Source: a candidate division WOR-3 bacterium (lineage in GTDB: Bacteria; Hydrothermota; 32-111). Taken from it: a stretch of DNA of 64,000 nt. The notes under the pieces were generated by a model that was not told where the DNA came from, ran no database searches, and saw only the letters and a list, made by a program, of their open reading frames with translations. Shown here piece by piece: positions 57,143 through 64,000 of this stretch. The stretch's first letter is position 1. Each line of letters begins with the position of its first letter. Location of the stretch: positions 416,001 through 480,000 of the forward strand of contig JBBFKX010000001.1 of the NCBI GenBank assembly GCA_037481815.1, read 5' to 3'. The position numbers and the translations under genes were made by a program.

Positions 57143-59344
57143 TTATTTAATAACCTCAACTTTTTTAATAAATTCAGTATTGTTATCTTTTAATTTAACT
57201 ATATAAAATCCAGAATTCAATTCTTTTAAATCATAGACATAATTTCCTACTTTTTTATTAACCTCTTTATCAACAACTCTTCCCATAATATCAAAAATTA
57301 CAAATTCATTATTTTCACTTTTAATAGAATAACTGATCTGATTGAGCGTTACCATTAATTTAGGATCATAATTCTCATTTTTATTAAATGGATTTTTATC
57401 ATCAACACCTGTTAAAGCAAAATCTAAAATATAAAAACTTTCTTCATCAACAAGATAAATATAACCATTTGAAACAGACAAACTTCGGGCTCTTTCATTC
57501 GGAATATAATAACCAACTTCATAAGGATTAACTGGATCTTCTATATTACAGATTCTCAAACCTCCATACCCATCAGCAATATATGCGTAACTTCCTTCAA
57601 CATATATATCAATTGCTTCTCCTGGTGTATCAAAAAAGCCTATTTCAAAAGGATTGGATAAATCTGAAATATCAATTATTCTCATCCCTTCATATCCATC
57701 AGCGATATAGGCATAACTTCCTGAAAGATATACATCGAAGGCCTCACCTGGTGTATCATAAGATACTATTTTTATTGGATTTTTAGGATCTTTTACATCA
57801 ATTATTTGTAATCCTGAATCACCACAAGCAAGAAAAAGATAACTTCCTCTAACATCTAAATTATAACTTGTTGTATTTAAATAAAAAGAAGTAATACGCA
57901 TTGGATCTAATGGATTTGATATATCAAATATTCGTAAAAAATCTGACGATGTAAAATAAGCATAAATTCCGGATATTTTTATTCCATAAAATTCATCATA
58001 TAAATATTCTGTTTTTAATACTGGGAAATAAGGGTTTGTTATATCAACTATATCAAAACCACGGTTATGGGCGAGATAAGCATAATTACTTGATAATAAT
58101 ATTTGGGTGTTCCAGTAACCTGCATAACAGAAACTTACTTCTTTAGGATTAGAAGCAATAGAAACATCCAATACTCGCATTTTATAACATTTATCAGCGA
58201 TATATGCAAAATTTCCTGAAATACAGATTCCATACGGTAATCCTCTTAAACCTATTGAAGAATAAATTTCAATTGGGCTTTCAGGATTTTTTACATCAAG
58301 AATTATCAATTCACCGGTAAGACCAACTATATAAGCATAACTCTCTAAAACGTAAACATTTTTTACATAGAGAAAAGGAATTGAGTAACATCCAGTTTCT
58401 TGAGGATCAGTTGGATTAGAAACATCAATTATTCTTAAACCAGATATTCCATCGGCTATATATACATAATTATTTAAGACATATAAGCCATAAGCATTCC
58501 CAGGAGTATCAAAATATCCAACTTCTTGCATATTCGCTGGATTCGATATGTCAATAACTTTTAAACCTTTATTTATACAAGTGATATATGCATAGTTACC
58601 TTGTAAAAAAATATCTGAGAATGAAAAATTATTTATAACATAACATCCGATTTCCTTTGGATTTGTTGGATCAGATACATCAACTGCCAATAAACCATAA
58701 TTTTCAACTCCTACATAAGCAATATTGTTTGATACATATACACTGTTGGGATTACCTGATGTATAATAACAACCAACTCTTTGAGGACTTGCAGGATTTG
58801 TTACATCCAATATTATAAAACCTGAATCCATATCAGTAATATAAAGATAATTGTTCAATACAAAAAGATCAGTCCCATATTTGAATTGTTCAAAAGATCC
58901 TTCAGTTATTGGTTTAGTTGGGTCTGAAATATTTACTATCATTAAACTTGATGTATCTTCATCAGTATAAAAGGGTTCACTTTTTAGCATAACATAAGCA
59001 TACTTTCCAGATACGACCAGTCTATTCGCGATCCATTCATATCTTGAAAAAAAGTCAACATCACCAACATAAACTGGTTTTGATGGATTTTTAACATTAA
59101 AAATTACCAGGTTATTTTCAATACAAGTATACTCTAATGAATCGATTACAAATACATCTTCTGAATTACCAAAATATGGAACTCTTGAAACCATTTTGAC
59201 ATTCAAACTATCTTTGACCCATTTAGAATTATCCTTATCTCCTCTAAATTCTAATTCTGGTATCGTTAAAAAAGTTTTATTTTCTAATGAGAAAACAAAA
59301 TTATACAAAAAACCTATCAAAAAAATTATGAAAAGTTTTTTCAT
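57143..59344 (-). CDS. Secreted LVIVD-repeat beta-propeller protein with T9SS type A-like C-terminal domain
   Basis: Signal peptide; about 14 repeats of the form YAYIADGxxGLRIIDISxPxNPxEVG; CTD IFDIMGR...SGFYIVKL...KKVEVIK. Confidence 0.88.
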   Translation of the reverse strand: MKKLFIIFLIGFLYNFVFSLENKTFLTIPELEFRGDKDNSKWVKDSLNVKMVSRVPYFGNSEDVFVIDSLEYTCIENNLVIFNVKNPSKPVYVGDVDFFSRYEWIANRLVVSGKYAYVMLKSEPFYTDEDTSSLMIVNISDPTKPITEGSFEQFKYGTDLFVLNNYLYITDMDSGFIILDVTNPASPQRVGCYYTSGNPNSVYVSNNIAYVGVENYGLLAVDVSDPTNPKEIGCYVINNFSFSDIFLQGNYAYITCINKGLKVIDISNPANMQEVGYFDTPGNAYGLYVLNNYVYIADGISGLRIIDVSNPTDPQETGCYSIPFLYVKNVYVLESYAYIVGLTGELIILDVKNPESPIEIYSSIGLRGLPYGICISGNFAYIADKCYKMRVLDVSIASNPKEVSFCYAGYWNTQILLSSNYAYLAHNRGFDIVDITNPYFPVLKTEYLYDEFYGIKISGIYAYFTSSDFLRIFDISNPLDPMRITSFYLNTTSYNLDVRGSYLFLACGDSGLQIIDVKDPKNPIKIVSYDTPGEAFDVYLSGSYAYIADGYEGMRIIDISDLSNPFEIGFFDTPGEAIDIYVEGSYAYIADGYGGLRICNIEDPVNPYEVGYYIPNERARSLSVSNGYIYLVDEESFYILDFALTGVDDKNPFNKNENYDPKLMVTLNQISYSIKSENNEFVIFDIMGRVVDKEVNKKVGNYVYDLKELNSGFYIVKLKDNNTEFIKKVEVIK

Positions 59345-59528
59345 ATTTTCTCCTGAGTTATTTTTTTATTTTATATTTTTTTTGAAGTACGATTTTACCA
59401 CAATATTTTTCTAACAAATTTCATACCAAATTAAATAGCAATAATTTCATAAGTTAAACAAAACATTTTTTTGTATTTTGCAAAACGAAAACTCTTTTTA
59501 ACAAATTTGTTCAATAAAAATCTCCTAT

Positions 59529-61397
59529 TTATTTTATCAGTACTATCTTTCTGGTTATCGTTTTACTCCCCGTTTGCAACTTCACAAAATATATCCCATT
59601 CTTTAATCCACTTATATCCGTCTTATATTCACCCAACATATCCCTCCCCTCCCTTATTATCTCCCTTCCACTTATATCATATATAACCAACACACCTCTC
59701 CCTTTGGTATTCCATATCACATTTTGCTTCAATATTTCAATCTCTATGTCTACATTCCTTACCAATAATTCTTCCTCTCCTATCCCCGTCGGTCCAAAAC
59801 TACCACTTATCACTATCGGTTCACTTATCGCATACGTCGGATACTCAAAACTCCTTATCGTCACTCCATCTGGATATATCGTATCTCCAACCATCACTGT
59901 CGGCTTCGATATTATCTCTGTTAACTCTATATACAAAACACTCTTACCACCCTCTATCTCCCATCTGCATGTGTCCAGATACCTCCCATTCGCTAAATAA
60001 CTGTGCCCACCTGATAATCTCAATATACTATCTATATTACTCTTATCTATCTTCGGCTCATTCGTCAAACCACCGAACTCTATCCTGATATAATCATCAT
60101 AATCCACTCCCTCTCCTACCACCATCCCATCACTCGCATCTGCCTTCACCATCTCTGGTGCCTCTGGATCTCTCTCAGGATCCCCCTCTATTACCCTCGT
60201 TATATTACCAGTCAATCCACATCCACTAAATATTATCTCCTCTATCCCATTCCTGTTAAAATCATAACAACTTATACAACTCTCCGTAGTATAATTTGTC
60301 GGATCCGTCCATTCCCAGATCCTCTCTAACTCATTATCCCCAATACCTTTCCATACCTCAATATGTCGCCCTCCACATATCACCAATTCCTCTCCTCCAT
60401 CTCCATCTACATCTCCATAATCCATACCTCCTCCACAACTGTATATATAATCCGTCCATACAAGAAAATCCCTACTCCAGATTGTATCATACACTCCTGT
60501 CCCGATTGTATCCTCCATTATCGCATATCCATACGACACCCACCCTGCCAAACCCACCACAGGCTGTAAATAATAAATTTGAGATTTTATTATCTCATTA
60601 ACTCCGTCATCATCTATATCCGGTAATATCAACCATTGTAAAGGGGCATATCCTCCCTCTGTTAAGGAATCTTTTTTTATAAAACAAGTATCCATTAAAT
60701 CTGCAGATTCATAAAAATACAGATAGTTGTTCGGTGATGTTATTATTATATCTGTTAATCCATCTTTATCTATATCACCTATGTCCATCGCTCCACCAAC
60801 TCGTGTTTCCTCCATAAATGTATCTCTTATCTCATATTGATTATCCCCTGTGCAGGTATAATAATACCATCCATACGCTTTCGATGGAGTTGTTAACCAT
60901 GGTATCCCCGCTCCATATATCCTCTCCACTCCATCATGCTTCAGTTTATCGGTTATTCCTAAATAATGTAAGGATTTGTAAATTGTATCTGATATCCATA
61001 CAAGAGAATCAAAAAATGATGTCCGTTCTGATTGTTCATATATCCATAATCTGTAACTCCCTGTTTTCCATACTATTATATCTTTTAAACTATCTCCATC
61101 AAAATCTCCTATTCCTAATGACATAATATAAGGATAATTCGGATCTGGGAACACTTCTTTTATTAAATTAAAATCATTGTTTCCACTATATTCATAAAAT
61201 AGTATAGCATAATTATTAAGGATTAATTCGTTTCTTCCATTTCGATTGTAATCAACATCTTTTTGTCTTAATGAATTTAGTGATGAACAATCTCCTTTAT
61301 CCAAATACGCATATTGATAAAATACCAAAGAATTAACTTCTTCAACTATCATCAAATCCATCACCAATAGAATTACTATAGAAAAAACTTTTTTCAT
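59529..61397 (-). CDS. Secreted FG-GAP/VCBS-repeat protein with T9SS type A-like C-terminal domain
   Basis: Repeats DYNRNG, GDFDGD, GDIDKDG, DIDDDG, GDVDGDG and DFNRNG; CTD IYDISGR...GIYFVKL...RKIVLIK. Confidence 0.82.
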   Translation of the reverse strand: MKKVFSIVILLVMDLMIVEEVNSLVFYQYAYLDKGDCSSLNSLRQKDVDYNRNGRNELILNNYAILFYEYSGNNDFNLIKEVFPDPNYPYIMSLGIGDFDGDSLKDIIVWKTGSYRLWIYEQSERTSFFDSLVWISDTIYKSLHYLGITDKLKHDGVERIYGAGIPWLTTPSKAYGWYYYTCTGDNQYEIRDTFMEETRVGGAMDIGDIDKDGLTDIIITSPNNYLYFYESADLMDTCFIKKDSLTEGGYAPLQWLILPDIDDDGVNEIIKSQIYYLQPVVGLAGWVSYGYAIMEDTIGTGVYDTIWSRDFLVWTDYIYSCGGGMDYGDVDGDGGEELVICGGRHIEVWKGIGDNELERIWEWTDPTNYTTESCISCYDFNRNGIEEIIFSGCGLTGNITRVIEGDPERDPEAPEMVKADASDGMVVGEGVDYDDYIRIEFGGLTNEPKIDKSNIDSILRLSGGHSYLANGRYLDTCRWEIEGGKSVLYIELTEIISKPTVMVGDTIYPDGVTIRSFEYPTYAISEPIVISGSFGPTGIGEEELLVRNVDIEIEILKQNVIWNTKGRGVLVIYDISGREIIREGRDMLGEYKTDISGLKNGIYFVKLQTGSKTITRKIVLIK

Positions 61398-61401
61398 ATT
61401 C

Positions 61402-61430
61402 GATGGAGCAAAATCTACTTTTGCTCCATC
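61402..61430. repeat. Perfect 12-bp inverted repeat (hairpin, 5-nt loop)
   Basis: GATGGAGCAAAA-TCTAC-TTTTGCTCCATC, with no U-tract after it on the coding (minus) strand. Confidence 0.85.
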
Positions 61431-61441
61431 TCCTCCTTCTC

Positions 61442-64000
61442 TTACTTTATTATACTTATTTTCCTTATCTCTTTACTCCCACCACTCTTAATCACCACAA
61501 AATAAATCCCAGCATTCTCTATTCCATTAAGCAGCACTCTATTAAACCCTACTTTCACCTCTCTCCTCCAATCCTTTATCATGCCCCCTCTTACATCATA
61601 CACCTCTATCTCTATATCCTTAACACCACTCGATAGATAATCAATATACACTTCATCCTTACCCGTAAACACATGCTTCGTCTTCTTTTCCGTTTCATCG
61701 TTATTCATTACAGGTGCAAGTATCTCCTTCTCATTCCCTGCCGCTATCACTCCTCCTTCTCTCTCATATTGATATACTATCACCTCTGCAACCCTGTTCG
61801 GATTCCCCTTCTTCCTGTCTATACTCACAACAACTCTCTTATCACCATATACCTCTTTCGGTAATATTATCTCCGTTGTATCTACTCTATTCGCTCCTCC
61901 CCTCACCACTCCATATACCTCTCCATCTATCTCTATCACCTGTGCCATCACGGGATTATTATCAGATGTCAACACCTTTATCGTATAACTCATCTCCGGA
62001 TTTAGACCATCTATAGTTGTGTTTAGCCTCTCCACTGGAACTTTATATGGTATGTATTCATACAATGGTGTTGTCACTACTCTCTCTATCGTATCCTGTG
62101 GCTCACTTACTATATACGGAACCACCTCACCTTTGTATTGCACCTCTTTCATCTTTATCCTGTATTCCCCATTACTCCCCTCTGTCCATGCAAACAACGC
62201 TTTCTTCGATAAAAGTGTCTCTTTCATATTCACTTCATAACTATATATCGAATCTCCACTCAACACAACAACATTCTGTAAACTTGTTAATCCATATCCG
62301 GGCTGCGATATTATCTTATTGTAATTATTAACATAACTAACAAGATAATTGTTCCTGACTTTCGGATTCCTGTTTAGACCACTATATATGTTCACTCTCT
62401 CAGGAGTCCCTATCACTCCATCAACCATCTTCACCACCCAGATATCCCTCGTATTGTCCACATTCATAACCTCATACCCAAATGTCGTTACCTCTCCATA
62501 ATAATCAGCAACAGGAGCATTGCATCTCTGTCCAAGATTATTTAATATCTCAAAATCAGACCACTTTTTAGTCTCTATATTATATCGACTCACAACATAT
62601 TGAAAAGATGTATCTATAAATCCTATAAGATGGGATATATTCCGTTCAAGTTGGTTATAATACAGTGAATATACTGGCGATTTCATGGGAACTTTATTGT
62701 ACTCCCCCCGATATGAAACCACTGTATCATAGTATATATCATCTGTATTCAACTCTTCCATACTCGCAAGTATATAGTCCCCTCTCTCCATCTGAAGATA
62801 TCTGTTATTAATGTACCCAATATATGTCCTCCCTGCCGTATAATTGTAGCCAAGCACCGGTTCACTCAACCATATCACCGGATTCACCAAGGTATCCGAT
62901 GGTGTCCATGGGCTCGATTTTATCGCATAACTGTATGAACTTATACCATTCCGCCAGATCGCTATCAATCCACTACCAGTCCTCACTAACACAGGATCCA
63001 CTCCCGATCCCAATACCTCTAATTCCCATATCTTCCCAAAATCTTCACTCCTCCCATACACCACATCTTCGCCCGTTGTATACACCATCTCCATCTCATC
63101 AGTGTTCGGCTTCCTCACTATATGCTCCTGATTGTTCTTACCAAATGCATCTTGTGTATTGCTCCATAAGTATACATCTATTGTTGAGGTGTATGGAACA
63201 TATCCGATTCCATCTATTGTTAAATATAAACTCCTGTTACTCTTTAAATATGCAGGTATAATAACCTGTCCCCAATTATCTGTAAGTCCTTTAAAATAAA
63301 AACCACCAGGTTGGCTATCCGTTAATAGAACTTCAAGTCCAGAAATTGCTTTTATTGTATCAACATTATCGAAAACTCTTATGTAAATTTCTGTATCTTT
63401 TAACACCGGTAGATCTTTAGGTTTTACAACATTTTTAATCATTTTGTAGTCAACTTTTATTTCAAAAGTGTCTACTTGCCCTTTTGCAATCAAATTGCTT
63501 ATTATCAGTTTGTGTGGGAAAGTATCTGAAGGAATAACTGATAAAATCGCTGATCCTGAAGCGTTAATTTTAGCAGAATCTATAAGTTTGTAATTATGAT
63601 CAAACAGTTTTACAATAGCATTGTTAATAAATGGCTCCAGTGTATCACTATATTTTTTCAAGTTCAATGTTATAGTATTGGGCTCCTCATATTTCAACTT
63701 ACTAAATGTAAGTTTATTGTAAAAATAATCATTAAGATCGTAATTTATAGCAAAATTCTCGAGGGAAAGAGAAACATTTTGTGCATTATCATTATAATTT
63801 TCACCATAAATAGAAAAACTGCAATTCATCACTTTGCCAGAAATGTAAACAGTGCCTAAAATAGATTGTCCATCATGTAATATATAGGTTGAATCTTTTA
63901 AATGTATTATTCTTATTTCTCGTCCTGAAAAATTTTCACTAGTACAACTACTCCTTCCTATAATACTATCATTGAAAAGCGCTATGAAATTTAACTTGGG
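61442..64000 (-). CDS. Large multidomain protein (Ig-like, Asp-box/propeller region) with T9SS type A-like CTD; 5' end beyond the window
   Basis: Frame stays open from 64000 (PKLNFIALFND...) through the track start at 63832. RSEDFGKIW Asp-box; CTD VYDVRGG...GIYFVVI...RKISIIK. Confidence 0.8.
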   Translation of the reverse strand, partial: PKLNFIALFNDSIIGRSSCTSENFSGREIRIIHLKDSTYILHDGQSILGTVYISGKVMNCSFSIYGENYNDNAQNVSLSLENFAINYDLNDYFYNKLTFSKLKYEEPNTITLNLKKYSDTLEPFINNAIVKLFDHNYKLIDSAKINASGSAILSVIPSDTFPHKLIISNLIAKGQVDTFEIKVDYKMIKNVVKPKDLPVLKDTEIYIRVFDNVDTIKAISGLEVLLTDSQPGGFYFKGLTDNWGQVIIPAYLKSNRSLYLTIDGIGYVPYTSTIDVYLWSNTQDAFGKNNQEHIVRKPNTDEMEMVYTTGEDVVYGRSEDFGKIWELEVLGSGVDPVLVRTGSGLIAIWRNGISSYSYAIKSSPWTPSDTLVNPVIWLSEPVLGYNYTAGRTYIGYINNRYLQMERGDYILASMEELNTDDIYYDTVVSYRGEYNKVPMKSPVYSLYYNQLERNISHLIGFIDTSFQYVVSRYNIETKKWSDFEILNNLGQRCNAPVADYYGEVTTFGYEVMNVDNTRDIWVVKMVDGVIGTPERVNIYSGLNRNPKVRNNYLVSYVNNYNKIISQPGYGLTSLQNVVVLSGDSIYSYEVNMKETLLSKKALFAWTEGSNGEYRIKMKEVQYKGEVVPYIVSEPQDTIERVVTTPLYEYIPYKVPVERLNTTIDGLNPEMSYTIKVLTSDNNPVMAQVIEIDGEVYGVVRGGANRVDTTEIILPKEVYGDKRVVVSIDRKKGNPNRVAEVIVYQYEREGGVIAAGNEKEILAPVMNNDETEKKTKHVFTGKDEVYIDYLSSGVKDIEIEVYDVRGGMIKDWRREVKVGFNRVLLNGIENAGIYFVVIKSGGSKEIRKISIIK

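Noticed and set aside
59413..59428. Sigma54-like TGGTAT-N5-TTGTT on the minus strand upstream of the LVIVD gene, with short palindromes at 59476-59485 and 59500-59511
   Set aside because: The -12 GC is GT, and an extended -10 (TGGTAAAAT, 59400-59392) explains the promoter equally well. Not supportable without TSS data.
57143..61397. Repetitive appearance suggesting a CRISPR array or a DGR target
   Set aside because: The repeats are degenerate in-frame protein repeats. No identical direct repeats with spacers, cas genes, reverse transcriptase or TR/VR pair were seen in the window.
61403..61636. + strand ORF MEQNLLLL... starting in the hairpin
   Set aside because: Its ATG is just the mirror arm of the inverted repeat; low-complexity antisense translation with no RBS.
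1012..63859. Many short antisense or alternate-frame ORFs in the track (e.g. 1012-1221, 25738-26199, 30168-30947, 32850-33263, 41954-42337, 62824-63261)
   Set aside because: They overlap confidently identified genes on the opposite strand, show no recognisable motifs, and have shadow-ORF composition.
1..64000. tRNA, rRNA, riboswitch, IS or prophage elements; stop-codon recoding
   Set aside because: Intergenic spaces are short and AT-rich with no GC-rich structured RNA visible. No transposase, integrase or phage genes were recognised, and genes end normally at TAA, TGA or TAG.

Overview
Very AT-rich, gene-dense bacterial chromosome segment (standard genetic code) from a diderm organism, as shown by BamA, Skp, MlaEFD and a TonB-dependent receptor. 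The gene order (yicC-gmk-rpoZ-coaBC-udg-dnaB, clpC-bamA-skp, rsmB-PASTA-rpe) and T9SS-type C-terminal sorting domains suggest an FCB-associated, possibly candidate-phylum lineage; this is an inference. Layout: (1) 1-7.8 kb on +: the end of an AmmeMemoRadiSam radical SAM gene, then a minor-pilin cluster (FimT/PilV/PilW/PilX-like) behind a sigma54-type promoter. PilW is an 859-aa multidomain adhesin-like protein, no PilY1 gene follows, and three coupled unknown genes come next. (2) 7.7-51.4 kb: mostly minus-strand, tightly coupled housekeeping genes, with pepF and ftsK on +. (3) 51.4-57 kb: operon for a TonB-dependent receptor, a DUF4249-like lipoprotein, a transglutaminase-like protein and a small Cys4 protein. 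(4) 57-64 kb: three secreted repeat proteins with T9SS-like C-terminal domains and mosaic codon usage. Non-coding signals include a recurring leaderless promoter geometry and a perfect 12-bp hairpin between an SD and a start codon. No rRNA, tRNA, CRISPR array or mobile element was recognised. All calls rest on motif recognition by eye; no database searches were run.
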